From a virus: DNA of 64,000 bases. Of this stretch, positions 36,422-46,372 are shown in pieces. The stretch's first letter is position 1. Each line of letters opens with the position of its first letter. Made by a program: the position numbers and the translations under genes. The stretch lies in the IMG/VR virus record IMGVR_UViG_3300036766_000032, positions 1 to 64,000 of that record. One strand, written 5' to 3'. Under the pieces are notes generated by a model that worked only from the letters and a program-made list of their open reading frames with translations, was not told the origin of the DNA and did not search any database.

Positions 36422-37844
36422 TTATGTCTGCGCACGCTAATCCATACCAAGGGAAAGAAGTGAGCGGTGTGAGACTTCCCGTGATGTCAGTGAACGTATT
36501 CCCATTATTAGTGGACCGAATCGTTTCTCCATTGAAGAACCGGATCACCCAAACCCCCCCCCTGTCGCACGCTACAGCAACGGGTAGATTGATCCCAGCC
36601 AGTGGGTAGAGGGGAACCGTTCCGGGGACACTACTCCCGATGTTCGTCCACGCACCCAATCCCACCTTCCTGACAATGACGAACGCGTCAACGGCTTCAG
36701 TCACGGCCCCGACGACGATCCACGTGTCTGTGGATACGCAGTAGTCCAACGACTGAAATTCAAATCCCAGTGTCCCGAGTCCTCCTCCCCAGAAATCTCC
36801 GGCTGCGACGTAGTCCAGCGCATACGTTGCCCCATCATCGTCCGACCTCCAAATGGTAGCCCATCCAGCCACTGCATAAGTCACACCATTAGCGCTCAAG
36901 ACGTCGGGGATAGTCAGGCCCCCGGGATATGGGAGAAAGAATGAGTTCTGACTCCACGAGTTACCGAAGTTGTCCGTGTAGTAAATGCCGTAGTCTGAAC
37001 CAACAACCACTCTTCCGGTGTCCGTTCTAGCCAACCCGAACAGATCATAGAGAGCATCCGTACTAGTGAAGTTCGCCGAGATGTCCGTCCATGTGAGACC
37101 GTCATCGAGTGAGCGGGCTACGTACCCCGCAACGCTAACTATGAGCCACGAACCGAACCCGTTCGAGATCACGCTACTGACATACGCCGCCCCCGGTATC
37201 GCCGGAACTGCGATCATCGCCCACGTAATCCCTCCGTCCGTGGATCGAGCGACGAAGTTTCCCGCAGTGCCCGCGAGCCACGTTCCAGTGACCGGATCTC
37301 GGTAGGGAATTCTACCGTTGAATGTGGGTCCACCGGGACCAGCTTGAAGAGTCCACGCCAATCCATTAGTTGATCTGTCTATCCGGTCAAAGTTCAACGC
37401 AATCCATTCTTGTGTGTAAGCGACGCCCGGAATGGGGCCGGAGCGCGCGAATATAGACATCTGGGAACTGACTAACGCGAGCGTCCATCCCTCTTCGGCG
37501 ACGTGCTCGCCCGGCTTCTCGATCGTAGCGACGAAGAAGTATCCGCTAACTACGTCCCCGTTCTCGAACATAACCCTGAACTCACCCCCCACGCCCGACA
37601 TCGATAGCTCCTCGATGTACTTCTGCGCGGCTGCATTCTTAAACACGGCCGCTCCACTGATACTAAGCTGACGCGCTCCAGCGTCACTCAGCAAGTCCCG
37701 CCAAGGTGCCTCGTCACTGGAGGTGGTATCGACAGTATCGTTGTCCACGACGATGGTGCGGGTTCGTATACCGGCGATCGTGGTGTATACCCCGCCGAGT
37801 AAGACCTTTACCAACACGTTTCGTCCCTTTGCGGCCATCGTCAA
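36414..37844 (-). CDS. tail tube paralogue fused to an Asp-box beta-propeller
   Basis: N-terminal ~130 aa parallels 40138-40551; STDGGITW, SLDDGLTW, TDNFGNSW, SDDDGATY repeats. Confidence 0.75.
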   Translation of the reverse strand: MTMAAKGRNVLVKVLLGGVYTTIAGIRTRTIVVDNDTVDTTSSDEAPWRDLLSDAGARQLSISGAAVFKNAAAQKYIEELSMSGVGGEFRVMFENGDVVSGYFFVATIEKPGEHVAEEGWTLALVSSQMSIFARSGPIPGVAYTQEWIALNFDRIDRSTNGLAWTLQAGPGGPTFNGRIPYRDPVTGTWLAGTAGNFVARSTDGGITWAMIAVPAIPGAAYVSSVISNGFGSWLIVSVAGYVARSLDDGLTWTDISANFTSTDALYDLFGLARTDTGRVVVGSDYGIYYTDNFGNSWSQNSFFLPYPGGLTIPDVLSANGVTYAVAGWATIWRSDDDGATYALDYVAAGDFWGGGLGTLGFEFQSLDYCVSTDTWIVVGAVTEAVDAFVIVRKVGLGAWTNIGSSVPGTVPLYPLAGINLPVAVACDRGGVWVIRFFNGETIRSTNNGNTFTDITGSLTPLTSFPWYGLACADIIV

Positions 37845-37892
37845 TCCTGTAGAGTCTTAAATGAAACACGTGGTTTGTTTGCCACCTGTTGA

Positions 37893-40133
37893 TTAAGCCA
37901 TTGCATCTACAAACCCAAGCCCACCGATACCGCTCACCAACGGTGGGTTTAAAAGCGTCGACCATGTCGATCCGTTATCCAGCGAATCCATGACATATAA
38001 GTCAAACCCAATCGCCCATCTTCCGTTCCCGAATTTCATGGTATACGCATGATCTATGCTCACTCCCGGTGTGATTTCGAACCACGTTAAACCATCATCG
38101 GTCGATTTCAGTATGAACAGTTCCCCACCCGCTTCGGCATGATTTCCAACAATCATCATCACGCCGGCATCGTTCGAAATGCCGCTTACAGTCGTTCCTG
38201 TATTTACAGTTCCGATCAATGTCCATGTCGACCCTTGATCCACTGATCGCCAAACGTCCGAACCTGTCGTCCCTGAAACGCAAATGATTATTCCGGTCGC
38301 GATGTTGTGAATTAAAGTTCCACCTCCACTGTTCGCCCAACCAACAGGGGTGACATTGACCCAGTTGAATCCGCCGTTTGTTGACTTATTCAAATAGGCA
38401 GTATTCCCCAGCGAAACATAATTGCCTGCCTGACCCGCAACGACGCCGACAATGTCTTCACTCGATATCGTCGGTCCTAAGCAGGGGGTCCATGTGAACC
38501 CCTCATCTACAGACACGACCGCTGCGACGCCGCCATATCCGACGATGACGATATCAGTCCCACGATGTCCGGCGATGTGGAATGTTCCATTCGGAAGATT
38601 TCCACCTTTCGAAATAATCGACCATCCAGTCTCACCTTTCCTGTGTGTGGTCGAATAGACGATTCTTTGTTCCCACACAACAAGCCAGCGGGTTCCTGTC
38701 CAGTACGGATCGAGTAAAATCGTGACCGGACTATCCGGGCTATACGTCAGGGATGATCGATTGCCGACACCCATCTGCGCGTTCAGTGTCCATGTGCCGC
38801 CATCATCGTCCGATGTGACCGTGTTGTAATTGTCATCGGTGAACGCGAAATATCCGTCCCCGTAAACAAGAGTCTGCACGTTGCCAAGCGCGACTGATGC
38901 TCCCAAATCAGTCCACGTCAGCCCGTTATCGTCTGACACCCATGTTCGCAAGTTCGTACCGCTGTCAACTCCGACGACTACAGCGCGGGAGCCGGGCTTG
39001 AACGCAACCTTTATGGGACTCTGGGTCGGCGAAAGAACTATCGCCCAAGTCGCGCCGCTATCTGTCGAACGAAAAACTGAAACGCTGTTACACGCGAGGA
39101 AGGTTCCGGTTATCGGGTCTACCGCTACGCCGCCACGTGACACCGTGCCCCATAATGAAGGGGTGACTACCGTCCAAGTCGCTCCAGCAACCGAACGGAT
39201 CACGCGCCCCTTACACGCGGCAACCCAATAAGACGCCCCACGCGCGAAGCCGAATATGCCGGTGTGATTCAATGATACCGACGATGCCAACCATGATTCA
39301 CCTTCGTCGTCGGAATAGTAAATTGCCTTTGCGGTTTCACCGCCTGAATAATAATTTCCGGCGACTATGCGTCCATTCACCGGATCGTACCCAAGCGCCC
39401 CGAACGAATAGCCTGCGCTCCCCAACGTTTGCCCGTTCCATCCCCAGAAATCAGCCCCTGCCTTATCGCTGGTCTTAATCACACCTCTAAAGATGTCGAC
39501 TACAACCCAATTATTCCCCGTCCATATCGCATTGGCATCGGTTTCAGCCGCGCCGCTGTGATAGAACGTGGTCGGATCAAAGCCATATGCTCCATTGTAC
39601 TCATCTGCCTGTGTCACGCCTGACGACATCAACACCCACGCCGCCGTAGTCAGTTGATAGAACGCGCTCCACCCATCAAAGTAAGCCGTCCAATCGACTT
39701 CCCCCGCATAGCCGATCAACAGCCAATTGGAGTACCGTGTGAGCGTCACCGGTCCTGTGCTCGACATCGCGAAGTCAAAGTTCTGTGTGTCCCCGACGCC
39801 TCCTGTATTCGACATGGACGTAACCCGGAAGCTGCCGTCGATGGTGTCGCCATTGCCGAATAAGATTCGGAACACTCCGCTGCGCAACCCCCACGCTAGG
39901 TCTTCCATGTGCTGCGTAGTCACTCCGGTCTTGTACGCACCAGACCCGGAGATGGAACACGATCGGAGTCCGTAGCCGCCTTGCTTCAACTGCCGCCAGT
40001 CTCCGGACTCCGAGTTCGTGATGTCCACTGTATCCCCGCCGATCGAGAACGACTTCGAGCGGACAGCGGCGACCGTAACGTACTGGCCGCTGATGTACGC
40101 CTTAAGAAGAAAGTCTCGGCTGCGAAAAGCCAT
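37893..40133 (-). CDS. tail tube paralogue fused to Asp-box beta-propellers
   Basis: N-terminal tail-tube domain (TVDITNSESGDWRQL..G.RSCSISGSG); about ten SxDxGxTW-type boxes. Confidence 0.75.
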   Translation of the reverse strand: MAFRSRDFLLKAYISGQYVTVAAVRSKSFSIGGDTVDITNSESGDWRQLKQGGYGLRSCSISGSGAYKTGVTTQHMEDLAWGLRSGVFRILFGNGDTIDGSFRVTSMSNTGGVGDTQNFDFAMSSTGPVTLTRYSNWLLIGYAGEVDWTAYFDGWSAFYQLTTAAWVLMSSGVTQADEYNGAYGFDPTTFYHSGAAETDANAIWTGNNWVVVDIFRGVIKTSDKAGADFWGWNGQTLGSAGYSFGALGYDPVNGRIVAGNYYSGGETAKAIYYSDDEGESWLASSVSLNHTGIFGFARGASYWVAACKGRVIRSVAGATWTVVTPSLWGTVSRGGVAVDPITGTFLACNSVSVFRSTDSGATWAIVLSPTQSPIKVAFKPGSRAVVVGVDSGTNLRTWVSDDNGLTWTDLGASVALGNVQTLVYGDGYFAFTDDNYNTVTSDDDGGTWTLNAQMGVGNRSSLTYSPDSPVTILLDPYWTGTRWLVVWEQRIVYSTTHRKGETGWSIISKGGNLPNGTFHIAGHRGTDIVIVGYGGVAAVVSVDEGFTWTPCLGPTISSEDIVGVVAGQAGNYVSLGNTAYLNKSTNGGFNWVNVTPVGWANSGGGTLIHNIATGIIICVSGTTGSDVWRSVDQGSTWTLIGTVNTGTTVSGISNDAGVMMIVGNHAEAGGELFILKSTDDGLTWFEITPGVSIDHAYTMKFGNGRWAIGFDLYVMDSLDNGSTWSTLLNPPLVSGIGGLGFVDAMA

Positions 40134-40137
40134 TTAA

Positions 40138-40551
40138 CTACGCTCGCATCAACGTTGCGATTCCTGCGCTCTCCATACTGACGGAGTAGGTCTGCTCTGA
40201 AGTGTGCTCACCCGCGTATTCAAACGAGGTTACCTGGAACAGCCCCTGAATGATGTCGCCGTTGCCGAACACCACTTGGAACTCCTCAATCAATCCACTG
40301 AATGCCAAGTTCTCAACGGTGTTGATCGCAGCCTCGTCCTTGAAGACGCCGGAGCCGCTTAGTGACACCGAGCGCAAGCCCGTGTCACTCATCAACTGAC
40401 GCCACGGAGCGTTGTCACTGTCTGTGATGTCCACCGAATCGTTGTTGATGCTGATCGTACGCGACCGGATACCTCCGAGCGTGCTAAATGTTTGCGGGGA
40501 AACTCCATTGCCTATCTTCAAAAGTATACTGCGTCCTTTCTGAGCGGTCAA
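40138..40551 (-). CDS. major tail (tube) protein, TP901-1/GTA type
   Basis: AQKGRSILLKIG, SVDITDSD..PWRQL, SLSGSGVF, GLFQVTSFEYAGEH, SMESAG. Confidence 0.85.
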   Translation of the reverse strand: MTAQKGRSILLKIGNGVSPQTFSTLGGIRSRTISINNDSVDITDSDNAPWRQLMSDTGLRSVSLSGSGVFKDEAAINTVENLAFSGLIEEFQVVFGNGDIIQGLFQVTSFEYAGEHTSEQTYSVSMESAGIATLMRA

Positions 40552-40568
40552 GATACACCTCCTAATTT

Positions 40569-41228
40569 TTAGTCGAATATGAAAACTCGGTCAGCCCGCA
40601 TTCGCAGAACCTCCCGAGCGCCTAGTGATACTAGATACTTCTCTACTGCGTCGTCCAGATATCCGAACCGCGCACCGTAGCCCTGCTTCACTTCTACAAT
40701 CACCATCGGGTGACAGGTTTTGATCATATACTCCGCGCCCTTCAACGCGAGCAGTTCCGCTCCTTCTATGTCCAGCTTCAACAGATCGACGTCCTGGATG
40801 TTTAAGTCATCGAGTCGGTTAACTGCCAGCGCGCCGCTCCCATTGACGTTCATCCGTATGTACTTCGAACCGGTGTTCCCATCCGCTTGGTGGCGCCGGT
40901 CCCATCCTATGGACGCTGTTCCGTTGACGTCACTCAGGGCGGATTCGCGGGTAGTGATGTTCGAACAGCCCCGCTCACGGATGTTGGCTACCAGACAGTC
41001 GAACGTCTCGCGGATGGGCTCAAAGGCGTACACGCGCTCGAATGATGCTGCCATGCTGACCGCCCACGTGCCGATGTGAGCTCCGCCGTCGATCGCCGTG
41101 CGGAAGTTGTTACAGAACGAAAGCGCTTGCGCTAGTCGGTCGAGTTGGAACCCTTCCGGGTCTGTCGCCAGAAACGCTTCAAAGTAATTATCGTCGTCTG
41201 GCAAGTTCCATCCATGAATCAGTCGCAT
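40569..41228 (-). CDS. FkbM-family methyltransferase
   Basis: IDGGAHIG, YAFEP, RLDD, LLKLDIEGAE. Confidence 0.88.
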   Translation of the reverse strand: MRLIHGWNLPDDDNYFEAFLATDPEGFQLDRLAQALSFCNNFRTAIDGGAHIGTWAVSMAASFERVYAFEPIRETFDCLVANIRERGCSNITTRESALSDVNGTASIGWDRRHQADGNTGSKYIRMNVNGSGALAVNRLDDLNIQDVDLLKLDIEGAELLALKGAEYMIKTCHPMVIVEVKQGYGARFGYLDDAVEKYLVSLGAREVLRMRADRVFIFD

Positions 41229-41995
41229 GCGATATCTCCTCCAGGGAGTTCCGGTGATCGTCCCATACCCTTTCGATTCCCCTTCAGGTGGTCCATGTAG
41301 GTCGCCAGCGGGGACGTGATCCAGACATGCCCGTGTAACGCACGGGACAGGTTATTGGACTTTATGCGATAGCGGCTGCGCACCACGTCGAACACGAACG
41401 AGTCGTGCCACTCCGGCAGATCGAACACGGTGCCGTTAACATAGGTGTCTGCGAAGTCAGTTACGAAGTCGCGCACATCTGAGTTGCTGAGGTCGTAGCC
41501 CACGAAGCCGCACTCGCTATGCGTGCCCTTCCTGCCGAGGTGACACATTTGATAGCCCTCCGGGATGAGCTCGTCCAGGAATTCAGCAGGCATCGGCCTT
41601 AGCGCAACGACGTCCGAGTCGACCCAGAACAGCCGACGTTCTTTAAAGCGCAGCGACGCGTCGAATATGGCGAACACTTTACGGCAAAACTTGTTAGCGT
41701 CGAAGCGGAAGTTGTACCCGACGTCTATCTCCTTCGTCTTCCACTTACCGATGCACGAGTCCTTTCCAAACACGATCGGCGCGCGGTACTTCGCAACGAA
41801 CTTTCTGTAGTAAGGAATGTCTTCTATCTCGAATACGGAGCCTGCGTCAATGCCCGGCACTTCGACCTTGTCTTCACGATAAACTACCAAGTCAATCTCA
41901 TCGAGCGGCCAGTGCTTCTGCACGGACGTCATAAAGCGGCGCCCATACTGCTCGTAGCCCTTGGCGCTGAAGCTTGTCACCACGAGAGGTTTCAC
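41219..41995 (-). CDS. GT-A fold glycosyltransferase-like protein
   Basis: WVDSD DxD, KFCRKVFA, SECGFVG, EWHDSFVFD, DHLKG. Confidence 0.7.
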   Translation of the reverse strand: MKPLVVTSFSAKGYEQYGRRFMTSVQKHWPLDEIDLVVYREDKVEVPGIDAGSVFEIEDIPYYRKFVAKYRAPIVFGKDSCIGKWKTKEIDVGYNFRFDANKFCRKVFAIFDASLRFKERRLFWVDSDVVALRPMPAEFLDELIPEGYQMCHLGRKGTHSECGFVGYDLSNSDVRDFVTDFADTYVNGTVFDLPEWHDSFVFDVVRSRYRIKSNNLSRALHGHVWITSPLATYMDHLKGNRKGMGRSPELPGGDIACD

Positions 41996-42516
41996 TCACC
42001 GTCCTCCGTGAAGGACAGTCTGTACGAGGTGTCTTTGGCGCTACGCCCCGCTGCCTCGCGGACGCGCTGCTGCCACCATGCGCGCTCCCGTATCGTGACA
42101 TGACAGTCGCGCCCGTCTGGCAGAGTCTTGTGTGACGGCGACGTGGAGACGCCCAAGAACACGAAGCGAGTAGCGAGTGAGAATACCGCGTCCAGCGTTG
42201 CGGCGACCTCTTCCTCAGGGACGTGCTCCATTACATCATTACAAATCACTCCGTCAAATGGTCCGTCGGGCAGAGTGCTCATGCCCATGACGCCGGGATC
42301 ATAGCAGTGCGGCAATATGCCACCCCACAGCATGTGATAGCGCCGGACGAGGTACTGATGCCCGCGCCCGCACCCGTAGTCGAGAAGCGTCTCCGCCTCC
42401 GTGACACGTACGAGCTCTGCGATCTCAGTCAAGTGTCGCTTGATAGAATGCCCGTGGAACCTCTTCGGGTTCGCGTGCATCTGCTGATATTGCTTAGCTA
42501 GCGATTCCATGATCAC
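41992..42516 (-). CDS. class I SAM-dependent methyltransferase
   Basis: LLDYGCGRG, YDPG, FDGVICNDVMEH. Confidence 0.85.
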   Translation of the reverse strand: MIMESLAKQYQQMHANPKRFHGHSIKRHLTEIAELVRVTEAETLLDYGCGRGHQYLVRRYHMLWGGILPHCYDPGVMGMSTLPDGPFDGVICNDVMEHVPEEEVAATLDAVFSLATRFVFLGVSTSPSHKTLPDGRDCHVTIRERAWWQQRVREAAGRSAKDTSYRLSFTEDGE

Positions 42517-43148
42517 CTCACATCACTGCGAACGGTAGAGAGGAAATAGTCAGGCTTCTCCAGATCAACTACTCTGTACCCAAGCTCTCTCAGATACGCG
42601 AGAGACGTCATCTGTGCTGCGTTCATTCTTTTCTGAACCAGCCAGATAGCCGGGCGCGCCGAGATGATCAACTCGCGCGCGCCCTTCAGCACCTCCAACT
42701 CGGCGCCATTGGTATGTATCTTTAGCAGGTCTACGTTCTTGAGTTGCTCATCGTCTAAGCGCACACAAGGCACGTCGCCATCCACACTGGCGCCGCCAGC
42801 TTGCGACCCGATCCGGCCTTTCGCTCCGACCGAGAAGTGCACCAGCCCATTGACGGTCCCGCATGCTGTGTTCTTTACAACCACGTTCTTAAGAGGGCGG
42901 GTGTTCATCAAGAGCGCTTCGAAGCTCAGCGGGTCCGGCTCGTACGCAACGACGCGCTCGAACAGCCCCGCCAGCTCAGTAGTCACCGTGCCGACGAACG
43001 CCCCGATGTCTACTGCGGTGCGCCATGCGCGGCACACCTTCCGCAACCGTCCTGTCCTCCCCATCCGGTAGCCAACCTCCGCTTCGCGTAGCGTCTTCGT
43101 GCGTATTCCTGCATCCGACGGGTAGTACCAAGTGCCTATCTGAATCAT
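42513..43148 (-). CDS. FkbM-family methyltransferase (divergent)
   Basis: VDIGAFVG, AYEP, RLDD, LLKIHTNGAE (usual DxEG altered). Confidence 0.75.
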   Translation of the reverse strand: MIQIGTWYYPSDAGIRTKTLREAEVGYRMGRTGRLRKVCRAWRTAVDIGAFVGTVTTELAGLFERVVAYEPDPLSFEALLMNTRPLKNVVVKNTACGTVNGLVHFSVGAKGRIGSQAGGASVDGDVPCVRLDDEQLKNVDLLKIHTNGAELEVLKGARELIISARPAIWLVQKRMNAAQMTSLAYLRELGYRVVDLEKPDYFLSTVRSDVR

Positions 43149-43861
43149 GGAATTGACCGTAACAGGTGCATGTTATTCTCTTCCGGTGTTGATCCATCTA
43201 CCATCTTACGCGCCTCAGCTATCCACTGGTCCGTGTACCCACTCTTCGCCCACTGCTTCCACCACGGACCCCCTAGGGTGTAGTGTACATTAGCTGGATC
43301 ACTGAGCGGTGGTTCTACATCCACTAGATGGTTCCACTTGGCGGGAAGCTCTCCTATCTCTTCATCCGCCAACCAACGGAGCTTTCGCAAGTAGTCCGCT
43401 GGAACGGCGTTCACCAGTTCCGGCGTCAGCACCTTACACCGCGCACAGTTGAAAATCATAAAGCTGGTCCAATTCTTTCGTTCATACTTCGTCTGCGCCT
43501 GTCCCAGCATCTTGGTCTCTTCCACCGGACGCTGGTCATGCTTCACGACCTGTACGGAATATGCCTTGCTGCGCAACGACCAGAGTTCCTCGACGTCGTC
43601 CAGGATCAACATATCGCAATCCATGAAGAGCGCGAACCCTTGGTAGTTCATCAGATATGGAACGAGGAACCGAGTGAAGCTGAACTCGGTCGATTGCACA
43701 TCGTTAGAACGGCCTTCGAAAACGCTACGGAGCTGCCGCTTAATGAGCGGGTGAATCGTCACCGGGAAACTCGCCCGTGTCATCAGGCTGTCCACCGCCA
43801 CGTGGAAGGCCAAGGATTCCGAAGAATCGTATCCAATGAAGACATCAATAGGAGACATCAC
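43145..43861 (-). CDS. GT8-like glycosyltransferase
   Basis: VFIGYD, STEFSFTRFLVPYL, FMDCDML, RKNWTS, WNHLV, HYTLGGPW. Confidence 0.85.
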   Translation of the reverse strand: MMSPIDVFIGYDSSESLAFHVAVDSLMTRASFPVTIHPLIKRQLRSVFEGRSNDVQSTEFSFTRFLVPYLMNYQGFALFMDCDMLILDDVEELWSLRSKAYSVQVVKHDQRPVEETKMLGQAQTKYERKNWTSFMIFNCARCKVLTPELVNAVPADYLRKLRWLADEEIGELPAKWNHLVDVEPPLSDPANVHYTLGGPWWKQWAKSGYTDQWIAEARKMVDGSTPEENNMHLLRSIP

Positions 43862-44679
43862 AGCGCCCTCCCCGGCTTCAGCCGTTCCCAGACCAGTCCG
43901 GATGCGATCTCCTCAAGCGTCCACTGCGAGTAGGCCAGATTGAACGCCCACTGTTCGCGGTCCGGCATTCGCGGCTCAGCTATACGATTCAGATCACTCT
44001 CAGCCACTGGCCACGCGATCGAGCCCTGATCCATCGCAATGACCGGGATGCCCTTCAGCACCGCCAGCCCCGCACTGGTTGAGTTCCACGTCACGACGGC
44101 CCAAGCAAAGTCCAGGTCGTCAGCGTACGACCGTACTGAGAACTGAGTTCCAGGTATCTTGGGTGTCTCGTGCACGGCTAGAGGATGAGGTCGGAACACG
44201 ACGGGGCGATCCGTCAGCTTCTGTATCGCATACGCAGTAGAGACGCACCACTCAACGATGTTGATATTCCGCACCGACCCGTCCCAAGGAACTTGCCCGA
44301 TCAGTAGGACGTGATCTCCGTTGCTGCGCCACGGCTCGATCTCAATACCAAAGTCGTACCAACGGTCAGCCGGACTGCACTCATTCATGAAATCAGCGTT
44401 CCCCATGATGTCATCCCAGCCGACTGTCCAGTGGCTGAAGCCGTCCCCGAGGACTCCATAGTCCAGGAACAGCGCGCGCCCGCCTTCCCGCTCTACGTGT
44501 TCGATGATCCAAGGGTGCGCGACAGAGGAGTAACCGAACACGACACCCACGTCGCAGTTAGTCGGCTTGTCGCGTATGTCCGCGATGCGGTAAGACTCGC
44601 CATTAGCCGCGAGTCCTTTCGCAAACGCCATCAAGAGTTTGTGCTGAATCTTGTCCCCGGTGGTGAAGATGGTGATCAT
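43858..44679 (-). CDS. capsule-biosynthesis-like (GT-B) glycosyltransferase paralogue 4
   Basis: GQVPWD, FRPHP, VVTWNSTSAGLAVLKGIPV, AYSQWTLEEI. Confidence 0.7.
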   Translation of the reverse strand: MITIFTTGDKIQHKLLMAFAKGLAANGESYRIADIRDKPTNCDVGVVFGYSSVAHPWIIEHVEREGGRALFLDYGVLGDGFSHWTVGWDDIMGNADFMNECSPADRWYDFGIEIEPWRSNGDHVLLIGQVPWDGSVRNINIVEWCVSTAYAIQKLTDRPVVFRPHPLAVHETPKIPGTQFSVRSYADDLDFAWAVVTWNSTSAGLAVLKGIPVIAMDQGSIAWPVAESDLNRIAEPRMPDREQWAFNLAYSQWTLEEIASGLVWERLKPGRAL

Positions 44680-45542
44680 ACGAACCTCCTTACAAAGCGC
44701 CACATGGCGCCGCTCGCCAGCTCCGGAATGGTCCACTGCCACCAGCAGATGTTAGCGATCCACTTTTCCCGGTCTGCCTCACTTGGAACATATAGGGAGT
44801 TAATCATATCTAAACCCCGACTGGAAATCGGTCTAGCAATGCTTGGTCCCAGGGAGATAACAGGCACTCCGTCCAGCGCCGCTTCTACACACGAATTGCT
44901 GTTGTGAACTATGAACACGCGAGCATCCGCCAATATGGAAGACAGGGTCTCAGGAGGAGTAGAGAATCTGGAACCCTTTACGGGGGCCGCCCCTCCCCAA
45001 CTCTGCTTCGGACGATAGATTATCGGAGCGTCAGTCAGTTCAGTAATGGAGTCGATGACCAGATTCGCGTACTCCGTTGCGTCCCCTAATCCATGAAATT
45101 CCGCGTTCTTCTGCGAGGGACCGGCATACACCACGTTCAGTCCACATTTGCGAATGGGATGTATCATCTTCCCGAATGTTTCTTTGATTCGCTCCCACCT
45201 ATCCGCTGGTCGGGCATCCGTCATCAAGTAAGTCAGAGGTTGAAACCCATTCAAGCTGACCTTTACATATTCCATCGAGATACCATCCTCTATGGTGGAC
45301 GGAAGGCGCAAGTAGCCCTTGTCCACGTACAGCACGATCTTTCCAGCAGCTCGATATTCTTCGATCACTTGACGAGTTCTTCCAACGACTCCTCTAGTAA
45401 CCGCAACGTCGACTCCTGGCTCAATCCCAGCGTACTTGTCCCGAAACGAGACACGTACACCCTCCGCAGCAAACCCGCTAGCAATGGCTCCTAGCACGAC
45501 GTGATCAAAGCCTTTGTCAGACATGTAGATTGCCACTTTCAC
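44676..45542 (-). CDS. capsule-biosynthesis-like glycosyltransferase paralogue 3
   Basis: DKGY, YRPK, VHNSNSCVEAALDGVPV, QWTIPEL. Confidence 0.65.
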   Translation of the reverse strand: MKVAIYMSDKGFDHVVLGAIASGFAAEGVRVSFRDKYAGIEPGVDVAVTRGVVGRTRQVIEEYRAAGKIVLYVDKGYLRLPSTIEDGISMEYVKVSLNGFQPLTYLMTDARPADRWERIKETFGKMIHPIRKCGLNVVYAGPSQKNAEFHGLGDATEYANLVIDSITELTDAPIIYRPKQSWGGAAPVKGSRFSTPPETLSSILADARVFIVHNSNSCVEAALDGVPVISLGPSIARPISSRGLDMINSLYVPSEADREKWIANICWWQWTIPELASGAMWRFVRRFV

Positions 45543-46372
45543 AAATGCTCCTCCAAGAACGACTGGAAGATACCGCGCCGCATCTCATAGACGTTCCACT
45601 GACAACACGCAACCTTCTCGAGAAAGTTCTCCACAGCTTGTACGTCCGGGCGTAGCGGAGTTTCTATCTTGTCCAGGGGACGGCTGAATCTCATCGCGAT
45701 GCCGTCATCCAAGAACACCGGGACTCCGCACTCCAGAGCCTTGATAGAAGCGTTCGAGTGATGGGACACCAGTGCCCACGCACCGGGCAGCACCGCCTCT
45801 AGTTCCCCGTCATGGTACTGCGTTCCGTCGATGGGTTGCCGGTCGTCGAACGTGTGCTTTGGAACGTACACGATCTTCCTGTCCGTGTGAAGCCGCAGCG
45901 TTTCGATCGTTTCCGTTTCCCACTGCTCCGGTGCGAATCCATAGACCTTTGCCGCCTTGGCGGACTGCCCTTGCAGGACGATGTGACCCTTCCCAGTCAC
46001 GGAGAAGTCCTTCAGTCGGGAAGCGAATTTCCGATATCGGCCCTTGGGGACTATCCGATCGAAGTTCGGAGTGCCGTGCAGACCGTCCACGGCGAATCGG
46101 TGATAGCCAGTCAATCGCCCACCCTCGGTCCTTCCCCAGTAGCCAAGATCAAGAAGCACCGTCCGGCGTCCTGCGGTCATGTACGCCTTGCGAATTTCGT
46201 TAAGTCTGCCGTGTAACCCGTAGAAGATCGCTACGTCGTGGTCAGGGACGGCGAATCCGCCGTGATATATCGCGCTCGGCGAAATATGAATGTGCGGATA
46301 GCCGCCTGTCACGGCTGAGCACAGCATCCGGGAGCGCTGCTTATCATCGTAATAGAAGGCGACTGTCTTCAC
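45539..46372 (-). CDS. capsule-biosynthesis-like glycosyltransferase paralogue 2
   Basis: DLGYW, YVPK, SHHSNASIKALECGVPV, QWNVYEM. Confidence 0.65.
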   Translation of the reverse strand: MKTVAFYYDDKQRSRMLCSAVTGGYPHIHISPSAIYHGGFAVPDHDVAIFYGLHGRLNEIRKAYMTAGRRTVLLDLGYWGRTEGGRLTGYHRFAVDGLHGTPNFDRIVPKGRYRKFASRLKDFSVTGKGHIVLQGQSAKAAKVYGFAPEQWETETIETLRLHTDRKIVYVPKHTFDDRQPIDGTQYHDGELEAVLPGAWALVSHHSNASIKALECGVPVFLDDGIAMRFSRPLDKIETPLRPDVQAVENFLEKVACCQWNVYEMRRGIFQSFLEEHL

